Shown here one piece after another: positions 9,272 through 18,778 of a DNA stretch of 64,000 nucleotides. The first letter of the stretch is position 1. Each line of letters opens with the position of its first letter. The notes under the pieces are model-generated. The model was not told the origin of the DNA, did no database searches, and was given only the letters and a program-made list of their open reading frames with translations. The position numbers and the translations under genes were made by a program. This stretch comes from an uncultured Myxococcales bacterium (GTDB taxonomy: Bacteria > Myxococcota_A > UBA9042 > CAIXZC01), in contig CAZVFX010000002.1 of NCBI GenBank assembly GCA_964626565.1, positions 4,822 through 68,821 on the forward strand, given 5' to 3'.

Positions 9272-11038
9272 CTATTCGTCCAGGGGTCCGCCTGCGTCTT
9301 CGCAGGCCTGGTTCTCATTTTTGCAGATATCGGTTACGGCCATGTCCCAGCACTCCTGGTCCCAGGGGGTGAAGCATTCGCCGATAACGCATTGCTCCAG
9401 GTCGCCGTAAGCGCTCTGGGCTTCGCCCGTGCCGTCGTAGAAGCAGGTGTACATCTGCTCTGTGAAATCGGGTTGGCCCAATTCCAGGGTCTCCAGGCAC
9501 TGCCGGACCTCAAGGCAGGTCAAGCCGCCGTCCATGCAGTCCTGGAACACCGGATCGCAGGTCGCCCAGGCCAGGTCTGTGCACTCGCTGTCACCTTCGG
9601 GGCAGTCGAAGTAGCCGTTGTCTTCCAGGCAGTCCAGAAAGTCGTTCCATCCGTACTGAGCCGCGGGGTTGCCGTTGGCCAGGCACTCCTGCTTGCACGG
9701 TGTATCGGGGCAGACCACGAAGCACACCCACATTTCGGAGCAGGTCAGTGCGCCGTGGATGCACTGCACAGCCTTGTCCTCGCATAACGGAATGGTAGCA
9801 TCGAAGCAAGCCTGGCCCTCAGGGGGGCAGTCGTCCTGGGTCTGGGCATCTTCCGGACACAGGTCCCAGCAGTCGTAAACACCTACCTCGGTGTAGCAGT
9901 CTATCAACCCGTAGAAAGCAGCCTGTGCGAACTCGGAGCCCGACTGGATACATTCTTGCTGGCACACCTGGCTGCCGCCGGGGCACGCGTTGAGGCATGA
10001 GAAGATGCCGGAGCAGGTGAGCCCTTCCTGAAGCGCACACTGTCCTTCGGCGCCGCACTCCAGGTAGGAAGGAGGGCAGTCAGCGCAGGGGCATGAGCCG
10101 CAGCTTCCGCCGCAACTGTCGTCGCCGCACTCCAGGCCCTCACACTTCGGCTCGCACACGCACACTCCATCCACGCAGATGGCGTCGGGCAGGCACTCGC
10201 CGCAACTGCCGCCGCAGCCGTCGTCATCACAGTCCTTGCCATCGCAGTTGGGAACGCAAACACATTCTCCGCCGACGCAGGTAAGCCCTTCAGCGCACAG
10301 TCCGCATGACCCTCCGCAGCCATCCGTGCCGCAGATCATGTCACCGCAGTTGGGAATGCAAATACACGCACCGTCTTCGTCACATTCGTGGTTGTCCGCA
10401 CACTCCCCGCACATGCCGTCGCACAGGTCGGGCCCGCATTCTTTACCGTTACACTGAGGTACGCAGACGCATTCGCCCTCTTCGCACTCATGGTACTCGG
10501 GGCACTCGCCGCAGCTCTCGCCACAGCCGTTGTCGCCGCACACCTTTCCCTCGCAGTTGGGAATGCAGAGGCACTCTGCGTTCACGCAGTCGTGGTTGTC
10601 CGGGCATTCGCCGCACGTTCCTTCGCAACCGTCAGGGCCGCAGGCCTTGCCTTCGCAATCGGGCAAACACTGGCAGGCGCCGTCCAAGCATGCCTCATCT
10701 TCCCCGCACTCGCCGCAGGTTGCCCCACAGCCATCGTCTCCGCAGGTCTTCCCGTCGCAGTCGGGGGTGCAGCACACACCTTCGCTGCACGCGATGCCCC
10801 CGGCGCATTCGCCGCAAGCTCCTCCGCACCCATCGTCGCCGCACTCCTTCCCTTCGCAGTCGGGCGTGCAGTCCACCTCGCCGGGCCCCGAACCGTCGCC
10901 TGGTTTCACCTCGGCAAAAGCGATCGAATCGCTACCCGCGATTGCGTCCACCACATCGTTCCCGCCCGACTCTCCTGCACAAGACCATGCGGCCAAGACT
11001 ACCAAAAGGGTCGATACCCAAAACCTCGAAGCGATCAT
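9272..11038 (-). CDS. Secreted cysteine-rich protein with about 8 tandem CxPxCxGKxCGxDGCGGxCGxC modules and a Cys-rich C-terminal domain.
   Basis: N-terminal signal peptide MIASRFWVSTLLVVLAAWSCAG. Repeated modules such as TPDCEGKECGDDGCGGACGECAGG. The same module (CGTDGCGGSCGLC) occurs once in the giant neighbouring protein. Confidence 0.7.
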   Translation of the reverse strand: MIASRFWVSTLLVVLAAWSCAGESGGNDVVDAIAGSDSIAFAEVKPGDGSGPGEVDCTPDCEGKECGDDGCGGACGECAGGIACSEGVCCTPDCDGKTCGDDGCGATCGECGEDEACLDGACQCLPDCEGKACGPDGCEGTCGECPDNHDCVNAECLCIPNCEGKVCGDNGCGESCGECPEYHECEEGECVCVPQCNGKECGPDLCDGMCGECADNHECDEDGACICIPNCGDMICGTDGCGGSCGLCAEGLTCVGGECVCVPNCDGKDCDDDGCGGSCGECLPDAICVDGVCVCEPKCEGLECGDDSCGGSCGSCPCADCPPSYLECGAEGQCALQEGLTCSGIFSCLNACPGGSQVCQQECIQSGSEFAQAAFYGLIDCYTEVGVYDCWDLCPEDAQTQDDCPPEGQACFDATIPLCEDKAVQCIHGALTCSEMWVCFVVCPDTPCKQECLANGNPAAQYGWNDFLDCLEDNGYFDCPEGDSECTDLAWATCDPVFQDCMDGGLTCLEVRQCLETLELGQPDFTEQMYTCFYDGTGEAQSAYGDLEQCVIGECFTPWDQECWDMAVTDICKNENQACEDAGGPLDE

Positions 11039-11173
11039 CTGGAATCCTCCGGCTGAAATGCAAATAAGATTTTACCGATGCCGTTCCTCAAAGCAAAGGG
11101 TTAAAGCTGCGGCCCCTTTTTCTTGCCAAGCAGGCCACACGATGTAAACTGTCATCAGCAGGCGGAATGTGGC

Positions 11174-11482
11174 ATGACGGATCTACTCCATAGGCTGTGG
11201 GAATCAACTCGTAAGGTGCTTAGTGTGCTTTTCGTGGTGGGGCTCGTGGGCGGGAGCGCCTACGCGGCCGTGGTTTCCGGCAATCAGGAAGAGGCCGGCA
11301 TCATCGAGGGTAAGCTCGACCGCACCCAACTGGAAGTGGAACGCCTGAAAAGGGAGAACCGGCGGCTGAAAAGCCTTATCATGAATCTCAAGGACTCCGA
11401 CGATCTGGTGGAGAAGATCGCCAGGGAGGATGCGGGCATGATAAGACCCGGTGAGATCCTCTACCTCTTTCCTCACGACTAG
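11174..11482 (+). CDS. ftsB: Cell-division protein FtsB/DivIC-like (septum formation initiator).
   Basis: The listed ORF begins at TTG 11123. An in-frame ATG at 11174 gives MTDLLHRLW..., a single TM segment (VLFVVGLVGGSAYAAVV), a coiled coil (LEVERLKRENRRLKSLI) and the C-terminal FtsB signature EKIAREDAGMIRPGEILYLF. Confidence 0.65.
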   Translation: MTDLLHRLWESTRKVLSVLFVVGLVGGSAYAAVVSGNQEEAGIIEGKLDRTQLEVERLKRENRRLKSLIMNLKDSDDLVEKIAREDAGMIRPGEILYLFPHD

Positions 11483-11485
11483 CAA

Positions 11486-12241
11486 TTACAACAGATCTTC
11501 GACAGCTTCCGCCAGCTTGGGCAGGGTGACCGAAAGGTCCCCGCAAACCCGATGCTCCGCCATGTCTGACAGAGCAGTTCGGATCAGGTCCATCTCGACG
11601 ATCTTCCCGCCGTGGGATGTTACCACCGCGGGGATCATACTGGCCGGTGCAACGGTTGCCGAAGTCCCTGCAGAGAGCACCAGATCTGCTCGCTCCGCCT
11701 CCCTGAAAGCCTGCCGCAGGGAGTCGTCGGGGATCGATTCGCCGAACAGGACCACGTCCGGTTTCAGCACGGCCCCGCAGGGGCAGTACGGCACCCCTTC
11801 CTCATCCTTCAGGCCGCGGGCGTCATCGTGCGTAAACCACTTTCGGCACGCCAGGCAGGTCAAGGTCGCCCCCGAGCCGTGAAACTCGATCACCCGCGTT
11901 GAGCCGCCCCTCTGGTGAAGCACGTCGATGTTCTGGGTGATGACTGTATGGATGACACCCAACTCCTCCAGCCTGGCCAGGGCGACGTGGGCCGGGTTGG
12001 GCTGCGCCCCGTCCACCATCTCACCTATGGCTTTGAACAGTTTCCACACCTTCAGCGGGTCGGCCCGGAAAGCTGATATGGTCCCATACTCGGTGATGTC
12101 GAACTTTGTCCAGAGGCCGGCTTCGGAGCGAAAGTCCGGAATGCCGGAAGGTACCGAGATACCGGCGCCGGTCAGCGCAATCGCGTGTTTCGACGCGGCC
12201 AGAGCCTTCGCCGCATCTTCGATCGCACGCTGATCAACCAC
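11486..12241 (-). CDS. cobB: NAD-dependent protein deacylase, Sir2 family (CobB-like).
   Basis: GAGISVPSGIPDFRS, QNIDVLHQRGG, a catalytic HG, and the Zn-ribbon cysteines CLACRKW...CPCG. Short (251 aa) canonical sirtuin. Confidence 0.85.
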   Translation of the reverse strand: MVDQRAIEDAAKALAASKHAIALTGAGISVPSGIPDFRSEAGLWTKFDITEYGTISAFRADPLKVWKLFKAIGEMVDGAQPNPAHVALARLEELGVIHTVITQNIDVLHQRGGSTRVIEFHGSGATLTCLACRKWFTHDDARGLKDEEGVPYCPCGAVLKPDVVLFGESIPDDSLRQAFREAERADLVLSAGTSATVAPASMIPAVVTSHGGKIVEMDLIRTALSDMAEHRVCGDLSVTLPKLAEAVEDLL

Positions 12242-12255
12242 CGGGTGCTCCTTGT

Positions 12256-12741
12256 CTATCTGGGCGAAAAGTGCTCATCCCTGATTCTTTCCTGCAGATG
12301 CTCCAGCAGATGGCGGTAGGGGTTGGCCTGGGGACGGCGTCCCTTGATGAGGCGGTAGGCGGCATCCACCGTCATTCTCTCCTTCAGCACAAGGTAGGAG
12401 AGGGTGACCCCGGTGGAGCGGTTTATACCTGCGGTGCAATGGATGTATACCCGCCCGTGGTCGACCACCAGCTCGTGCAGTGTATCCACGCATTTGTCCA
12501 GTTTCTGGATCAGGTCTCCGGGAGAAAAATCGGTAACCGGGCAGCGCCGCATCTCGATGCCTCTGGCGCCGCCGAGACGCCAGACAATATCCCAGCGTAG
12601 TCCCGCATGCCTCAGGTCCTCGTCGCTCTGAACGCTGAGCACCGCGGAGACGCCGAGGTTCTTCAGGGTGTCCAAGTCTTCTTCAGTCGTCACCTGGGTG
12701 CCCACCAACAGCTTATCAGTGATGATCGACAGATCCAGCAC
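12256..12741 (-). CDS. Dual-specificity (Tyr/Ser/Thr) protein phosphatase.
   Basis: CX5R active-site loop VYIHCTAGINRSTGV. 161 aa, 14 nt upstream of the Sir2 gene on the same strand. Confidence 0.75.
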   Translation of the reverse strand: MLDLSIITDKLLVGTQVTTEEDLDTLKNLGVSAVLSVQSDEDLRHAGLRWDIVWRLGGARGIEMRRCPVTDFSPGDLIQKLDKCVDTLHELVVDHGRVYIHCTAGINRSTGVTLSYLVLKERMTVDAAYRLIKGRRPQANPYRHLLEHLQERIRDEHFSPR

Positions 12742-12876
12742 TTACAACCTCCTCGGAAGCACCATTATCGTTGCCACCGGCAGGAAAAACAACCAAAATC
12801 AGACGCCTCGCCGGTGTACTTGCCTTTTACACCTAGATCCTCTAATAAATAGGCGAAGTGTAGCGGGGAGGAGGCG

Positions 12877-13587
12877 ATGAAGATTGCAGTCATTTCAGAC
12901 CTGCACCTGGGACGTGGCGACCGTACTGACAGGTTCGGCCACGACCCGGTCGTCTTCCATCAATTTCTCGACCATCTCGAAAGCGTGGCAGATGAGTTGG
13001 TTCTGCTCGGGGACATCATCGATACTCATCACGGAACCGTTCCTTTTGCGTTCCTTCGGGAGTTGAGGATCGTCTGCGGCGTGTACGCCGGCCTGACGGA
13101 TCGGCTGCTGGGCGGAAGGTACCGGATCGTAAGCGGCAATCACGATCACTGTCTGGCCGACCTTCCAAACGTCGAAGAAGAACTGCTCTTCAGTGATCGC
13201 GGGGTAGATCTACTCATGTTTCACGGCCATCAATACGATCGACTCGTGGCCAACGCACCCTATACTTGTGCAGCCGGCAACTGGCTGGGCGGAAGGGCCG
13301 AAGCCAGGGGGGTCCCGGGCGTGTTGTGGTTTCTGGACTGGTTCGATGATTTCGCCAACGGAATCACCCGGGATCGGACCCTGGTCTACCGTGACAACGC
13401 GCTCGCAAGCGCGCGGGAGCGCGCGTGCAACATTATCCTTTTAGGGCACACCCACCAGCAGGACCAACTGAGAGAAGGGGGCATCCACTACCTGAATGTC
13501 GGCGCCTGTCTGCAGGGGCGCTTCGAATACGGCCTGGTTGATACCGGGACCGGCGAGGCGACTCCGCTGACGTGGGAGGCCCCATGA
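12877..13587 (+). CDS. Calcineurin-like metallophosphoesterase (LpxH-like fold).
   Basis: Metal-binding motifs ISDLHLG, LGDIID, GNHDH, GHTH. Confidence 0.7.
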   Translation: MKIAVISDLHLGRGDRTDRFGHDPVVFHQFLDHLESVADELVLLGDIIDTHHGTVPFAFLRELRIVCGVYAGLTDRLLGGRYRIVSGNHDHCLADLPNVEEELLFSDRGVDLLMFHGHQYDRLVANAPYTCAAGNWLGGRAEARGVPGVLWFLDWFDDFANGITRDRTLVYRDNALASARERACNIILLGHTHQQDQLREGGIHYLNVGACLQGRFEYGLVDTGTGEATPLTWEAP

Positions 13588-14336
13588 CCAGCCGACTCCT
13601 ATCTTCAGTTTGTGCATTGCTGGGGTTTCTGATTTTCCTGTCCGCGACCGCCCGCGCCGATTCCATTGAAGTACTCATGGAAAAACGCACCCGCAAGAAG
13701 ACTACGGTGGCGGTTTTTCGCCAGGGCTTCGATACTCTCCACGGATTTGACCTCTATTTCCTCGAGACCTTCTCGTCCCCCGACCGCAAGAAGCTGTCGG
13801 AGCGACAGCTCGTCAAGAAGAAGCGTTCTCTGCTTGTGAAACAGGGCCACTTCGAGCTGTACATGAAGAAGGTGGCGGCTGAGAAGGAAAAGGTCGTCAA
13901 GCGGCTCGAGAAGAAGGGGTTCGAGCCGGTTTGCCGCCTGGTGCGACTCGATGTGCCTTCCGTGGGCAAGGTGGCCCTGCCGGCAGGAGAAAAGACCTTG
14001 TCCCTGTATGTGGAAAGGGGGCGCAAGGGTGACCGGCTGGTGTTGGAGTCGGAAAGCGGCAAGAGCAAGACCCTCAAGCGGTTCAAAAAACCGAAGAAAC
14101 CCAAGGGCAAGAAGTCGCCCCCGTACGTGGCTCACCGGGGCATCATGGAGGTATCCCTGGTGCGCGGCGGCAAGACCCTCGCCGTAGTGGTCAGAAAGCA
14201 GACCCTCCCTTCCCCCGAGTACTTCCCCGACGACGATCTTTTCCTCATTCCGCTGAGAAAGCCGCTGAAGCGCGTGGGAGTGGACTATCCTCTCGCCTGT
14301 CCTCCGCCGCCCGCTCCGGACGAAGAGCAGAAGTGA
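13584..14336 (+). CDS. Hypothetical secreted Lys-rich protein.
   Basis: The ATG at 13584 overlaps the upstream stop (ATGA). Signal peptide MTSRLLSSVCALLGFLIFLSATARA. Lys/Arg-rich stretches (KRFKKPKKPKGKK). No recognisable domain. Confidence 0.5.
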   Translation: MTSRLLSSVCALLGFLIFLSATARADSIEVLMEKRTRKKTTVAVFRQGFDTLHGFDLYFLETFSSPDRKKLSERQLVKKKRSLLVKQGHFELYMKKVAAEKEKVVKRLEKKGFEPVCRLVRLDVPSVGKVALPAGEKTLSLYVERGRKGDRLVLESESGKSKTLKRFKKPKKPKGKKSPPYVAHRGIMEVSLVRGGKTLAVVVRKQTLPSPEYFPDDDLFLIPLRKPLKRVGVDYPLACPPPPAPDEEQK

Positions 14337-16714
14337 TGAGGGTTTCCCAACGAACGCTCGACTATTTGAAGTGGGACCGGCTGGCGGCCGAACTCGTCAG
14401 GCTCACCTCCACTTCCATGGGCGCGCACCGGGCTGAGGCCTTGACTTTCCTCTCGACCAAAGACGCTATCGTGGCGGAGTTGAGCCGCGTGGAACAGCTA
14501 AAGGCCGTCATGGACTCCGGCGCCGCCCCTGACTTTGCCGGAATCGCCGATCTGGAAGGGCTGCTCGAGCGGGCAGGCAAAGAGGGGACGCTGGCACCGG
14601 AAGAGTTGCTGGAAGTGTCCACATGCATTGGGGGACTCACCCGTCTGGCCAACTATTTTGCCGCCCACGGAGAGCAACTGCCGGGTCTCGAATACTTGTC
14701 CCGGAGACTTCACGATCTCGGTTTCCTTTCCCATCGAATTACCGTTTCAGTGGACCGCGAGGGAAGGGTGCGAGACGACGCCAGCCCGGTGCTGCGGGAG
14801 ATGCGGGAGAGGGCCTATACCCTGCAGGAAACCATCAAGGAGAAGCTGGAGGACTTCCTGAAGGGGGACAGGGCGGCGGAAGCACTTCAGGAGCGCTATT
14901 ATACGTTGCGTGAAGACCGGTATGTGGTGCCGGTGAAAGCGGAACGTCGGTCGGTGGTGGAAGGGATCGTTCATGCGGTAAGTCAGTCGGGCGCCACGGT
15001 GTTTCTGGAGCCCAAATTCCTGATCTCCCTGAACAATCGCTTGAAGATGGCCCGGGAGGAGGTTAAGCGGGAGGAGTATCTTGTGCTGGCCGGGTTGTCG
15101 AGGGATGTGGCCGACAACTCCGGCGAGTTGAAGGAGTCCCTCGAGGCCGCGGGTGAGTTTGACTTTGTGGCGGCCAGGGCGCTTATGTCGACCAGGTTTG
15201 GCGGCGGAGCCCCGGAAATGGGGGAGCTGCCCGTGCTGAGGCTGAAGAAGGCCCGCTCTCCGATCCTGCTCCTGCAGGGGCAGGACGTGGTGTCTTCAGA
15301 CATCATCATCGGGGATCCGGCGCGGGTGTTGGTACTGTCGGGACCCAATGCCGGCGGCAAGTCGGTGGCTTTGAGCAGTTGCGGGCTTTCCATACTCATG
15401 GCACACGCCGGGCTGCACCCTCCGCTGAGCCCGGACAGTTACCTGCCGGTGTTGGAAGGAGTGCATGCGGTACCCGGGGACATGGAGGACGTGGAGCAGC
15501 AGCTCTCCACCTTTGCCGGCCATCTCACCGAACTCAACAAGGTTGTCGCCCGGGTGAGCGAGAAGCACCTGGTCCTGGTGGACGAAATCGCAGTGGGAAC
15601 CGAGCCGCTCCAGGGCTCTGCCATCGGGGCCGGCTATCTCCAGGAGTTTGCAGCGCGGGGTTGCCTGGCCATGGTGGCGACCCACTACGAACGACTGAAA
15701 GCGCTGGCAATGGCCGATGACGTATTCGAAAACGCTTCCATGGGCGTCGACTGGGAGACCCTGGCGCCAACGTATCGGCTGGTCCACGGCAAGCCGGGCT
15801 CGTCCCGGACTTTCGAGATGGCTGAACGTTATTCGGTTCCCGAGGAAGTGGTGCGGAGTGCGCGGGAGTTTCTGGACGGTGCGGCCGGCAACGTTCTGGA
15901 GGAGGCTATCGCTCGGTTGTCGGAGCGGGAACAAGAGCTTTCCAAGGCGGTGGCGCGCCAGGAGGAGGCGGCGGAAGAGGCGGCGCAGTTGAAACGCCGG
16001 CGCACCCTCGCCCTGGATCAGCTCCAGCGGCAAGCTGGGCGGATCATCTCCCGGAAGGTGGAAGAGGCCGCCCGGGAGGTGGATGAGGCGCTGGAAGGGG
16101 TGTCCACGCTGGTGTCCGAGCTGCAGCAGGGGCCTGCCGACCACGGCAAGGTCGAGTCGACAAGGAGGGTGCTGGTGGGGGTTCGCGACAAGTTGAGGAA
16201 ACGCCGCGCCAAAGTAGAGGAAGAGGAAGCAGTGCGCGAGGTTTTACCGCTCAAAACCGGCGCAGTGGAACCGGGTGGTGAAGTGCTGGTGAAGAAATTC
16301 AACAAGAAGGCGGTGGTGGTCTCCGTTTCCGAAAAGGACCGCACCGCGCAATTGAAGATGGGGCCTATGCGTATGCGCCTTCCCCTGGATGAGCTGGTGC
16401 CCATCCGCCGGGAGAAGCCAACCGCGGCGGCGGGGCAGAAGAAGTGGGACCGCCCGGGTCCGATGCCCGGTGCAGTGACCAGGCTGGACCTGCGCGGCAA
16501 GAGCTCGGACGAGGCGCTCGCCGAGTTGGAGAAGACCCTGGACGAGGCGATGCTAGGCGTTCACGCCACCTTCCTGGTAGTCCACGGCCACGGCACCGGC
16601 AAGCTGAGAACTGCAGTGCGAGCCTACCTCAACGAAACGTCATATCCGGTGGAATTCAGAAAGGGCAAAAGAGAAGAAGGCGGCGACGGCGTGACCGTGG
16701 TGACTATGGTTTAG
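14333..16714 (+). CDS. mutS2: Endonuclease MutS2 (MutS ATPase domain plus C-terminal Smr domain).
   Basis: Walker A LSGPNAGGKSV, Walker B LVLVDEIAVGTEP, C-terminal Smr LDLRGKSSDEALAELEKTLDEA...VVHGHGTGKLR. Confidence 0.85.
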   Translation: MMRVSQRTLDYLKWDRLAAELVRLTSTSMGAHRAEALTFLSTKDAIVAELSRVEQLKAVMDSGAAPDFAGIADLEGLLERAGKEGTLAPEELLEVSTCIGGLTRLANYFAAHGEQLPGLEYLSRRLHDLGFLSHRITVSVDREGRVRDDASPVLREMRERAYTLQETIKEKLEDFLKGDRAAEALQERYYTLREDRYVVPVKAERRSVVEGIVHAVSQSGATVFLEPKFLISLNNRLKMAREEVKREEYLVLAGLSRDVADNSGELKESLEAAGEFDFVAARALMSTRFGGGAPEMGELPVLRLKKARSPILLLQGQDVVSSDIIIGDPARVLVLSGPNAGGKSVALSSCGLSILMAHAGLHPPLSPDSYLPVLEGVHAVPGDMEDVEQQLSTFAGHLTELNKVVARVSEKHLVLVDEIAVGTEPLQGSAIGAGYLQEFAARGCLAMVATHYERLKALAMADDVFENASMGVDWETLAPTYRLVHGKPGSSRTFEMAERYSVPEEVVRSAREFLDGAAGNVLEEAIARLSEREQELSKAVARQEEAAEEAAQLKRRRTLALDQLQRQAGRIISRKVEEAAREVDEALEGVSTLVSELQQGPADHGKVESTRRVLVGVRDKLRKRRAKVEEEEAVREVLPLKTGAVEPGGEVLVKKFNKKAVVVSVSEKDRTAQLKMGPMRMRLPLDELVPIRREKPTAAAGQKKWDRPGPMPGAVTRLDLRGKSSDEALAELEKTLDEAMLGVHATFLVVHGHGTGKLRTAVRAYLNETSYPVEFRKGKREEGGDGVTVVTMV

Positions 16715-18555
16715 TCAAGAACCTTGATGGGAACCAGGACTACCTGGTTTTCTTTCTCGACGACCCTGAACAGCACCAGCTCAACTTCGAACTTGTCTTT
16801 CAGGCTCTTTTCGATCCTGGCGACTTTCTCGACGAAGCCGATATAGGTGATCTTGGATACGTCCTCGCCGATGTTGCCCTTGGCTTCCAGGTATTCCTTG
16901 AACAAACGCCGGTAGTACTCCGGCTTGCTCTCCTTCACTTCCGCAGACGAGATTTCTTCAATCTCTCCGGTGGTTATCCCGGTTGATTCTCCGTCCAGGC
17001 TCGTTTCGCCTGCAACCCGCAGAGGCTCGGCCCAGGTGTCTTCCAGTTCCTGGTCCTCAGGCAATGGAAGCCCCAGGAGCACTGCCTTCATGATGGTCAG
17101 GGATTGGGCCATGGAGCGTGGCAGGCCGTCGGAGAAGTCGAATGGGAAGCTGTACTCGAAGTTGCCCCCGATAATCTCGTGGATGCCCGCGTCGATCTGC
17201 TCGAACGGCCGGGTAAATGCCCTGAGCAGCACTTGGATGAGGATGAGGCCGATGAGGAAGACGATGATGCCCGCCACCAGCAGAATGGCCTTGATGGTGG
17301 TGAACATGGCTAGCGCTCTTTCCAGGTCAACGGAGAGAAGAGCTTCGCACACTTCTCCTTCGGAGCTGAAGTCCACGGGGAATGGCACGGCCAGGGCCAG
17401 CATGTCCTCGGTGAGCATGCCGGGATGGATCGCGGTCTTTCGTATGTACTGGGACAGTTCGCCGGCCCTCGACTCGTCCAGCGTAGTGCCGGCCAGCAAG
17501 GTCTGGGCGTTGTTGTCCCGGTGCAGGAAGGTGATCCCTTCCGCCTGCCGGGCCAGTTCGTATTCGCACAGCGTGTCACTGGCCTGGGCGGTTTCCTCGT
17601 CGCCATCGGCGCGCTTCGAGCACTGCTCAAGTACCGGACGGACGCCCAGGACCGAGAACGTGTCCCGCGTCGCTCTTCCCTTGTCCAGTTCGAAGCCCAC
17701 CAGCACCGCGCCCAGGAAATCACCCTCGGCATCTTCGATGCGGCTGGCGACCACAACAAACAGCCGGTTGCCCTGGAGGGTGAGATAGCTGGAAATCATC
17801 GGCTCGAACGACGTGCGCAGTTGGTCGAGAACCGGTGCAGTCTGGTGGAAGTTTTCTTTGATGTGATTGCGGTACCCGGTGGCAGCCTGGAACAGGTCCT
17901 TGGTCCTCAGCTTGTCCACCGAACTATCAAGGTTGTCGAACAGAAGCCGGGTGGTAGTGCCGTCGGGGTCAACCAGAATGAACAGTTCGGGGAAAGAGTC
18001 GCCGAGTTCCTTCTTCTGCTCGGGGAAGATGATGCGGGCCAGGGGAACGTACGTCATCTTGAAGTAGCACACCGGCCACGCTTCTTTTTCCGCCATGCAA
18101 CTTGCGAAGATGTCTCGCATGTATTTGGCGTATCCACCCTCCACCCGGTACTGCTTCTTGATGTTGGTGGCGATGTCCTTTTCGAACAGGTCCAGCGACT
18201 TCTTGGCCTCCTTCTCTACAAAATCCAGTACCTTCTGCGGGTCCATCTTCTGGCGTCGAGCCAGGGGGAAGGCCTGCCGGGTCCGGTTGCTCATCTCCCG
18301 AATCTCGTCCCGCTGGTCTTTGAGAATCTCCATGTAGGTGGGAAGGTCGGAGTCGAGGAGGTTCCCAACGTACGACTTCAGGCCCGCAATGCGCTGCTCG
18401 GAAAGCACGCGATACGACTCTGCCGCAGCCTTGAGGGAGGGGAAGACCTTCTCCTTCTCGTATGAGTCTCGATTCATGTCGAGAATGACCCACATGATCG
18501 AGACAACCAGCACTATCGTGAAGAAATACAAAACGGTCAGTTTCAAACGAAACAT
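16711..18555 (-). CDS. Membrane protein with an N-terminal TM segment, a large extracytoplasmic sensor-like domain, a second TM segment, a HAMP-like linker and a conserved C-terminal domain of unknown function. No kinase or MCP output domain.
   Basis: TM1 LTVLYFFTIVLVVSIMWVIL; TM2 IKAILLVAGIIVFLIGLILIQVLL followed by RAFTRPFEQIDAGIHEIIGG (HAMP-like). Converges on mutS2 with a 4-nt overlap of the stop codons. Confidence 0.6.
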   Translation of the reverse strand: MFRLKLTVLYFFTIVLVVSIMWVILDMNRDSYEKEKVFPSLKAAAESYRVLSEQRIAGLKSYVGNLLDSDLPTYMEILKDQRDEIREMSNRTRQAFPLARRQKMDPQKVLDFVEKEAKKSLDLFEKDIATNIKKQYRVEGGYAKYMRDIFASCMAEKEAWPVCYFKMTYVPLARIIFPEQKKELGDSFPELFILVDPDGTTTRLLFDNLDSSVDKLRTKDLFQAATGYRNHIKENFHQTAPVLDQLRTSFEPMISSYLTLQGNRLFVVVASRIEDAEGDFLGAVLVGFELDKGRATRDTFSVLGVRPVLEQCSKRADGDEETAQASDTLCEYELARQAEGITFLHRDNNAQTLLAGTTLDESRAGELSQYIRKTAIHPGMLTEDMLALAVPFPVDFSSEGEVCEALLSVDLERALAMFTTIKAILLVAGIIVFLIGLILIQVLLRAFTRPFEQIDAGIHEIIGGNFEYSFPFDFSDGLPRSMAQSLTIMKAVLLGLPLPEDQELEDTWAEPLRVAGETSLDGESTGITTGEIEEISSAEVKESKPEYYRRLFKEYLEAKGNIGEDVSKITYIGFVEKVARIEKSLKDKFEVELVLFRVVEKENQVVLVPIKVLD

Positions 18556-18778
18556 GACGAAACTCCTCCCTGCAAAACCGTTGGAACCCGCCCATTTTTC
18601 ATAGAAAAAAAGCAGGTCAACTATAGACTAGGGTCCAAAGGGTGTCAACCAAACTTTCTTCTCTTAACTGACACCGCCTGCGCGACGATGTTTCAGGTCC
18701 AATTTGCCTCTTGCATGCAGGCTTTCAGTCCAGTAAGATCCGCTCGCGATTTTGACCTATGTCAAGGGAGGCGGAAAC

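Noticed and set aside
10306-11147. Three overlapping + strand ORFs (253, 222, 205 aa) rich in R/P/S/H opposite the Cys-rich gene
   Set aside because: Antisense to a gene with a clear signal peptide and structured Cys modules. Compositionally biased, no start context. They are artefacts of the repeated GC-rich DNA.
11486-12241. Sir2 protein as a Thoeris/DSR-type defence effector
   Set aside because: It is a 251-aa canonical sirtuin with an intact Zn-ribbon and catalytic His. It has no SLOG/TIR/STAND partner or domain. Housekeeping deacylase is the parsimonious call.
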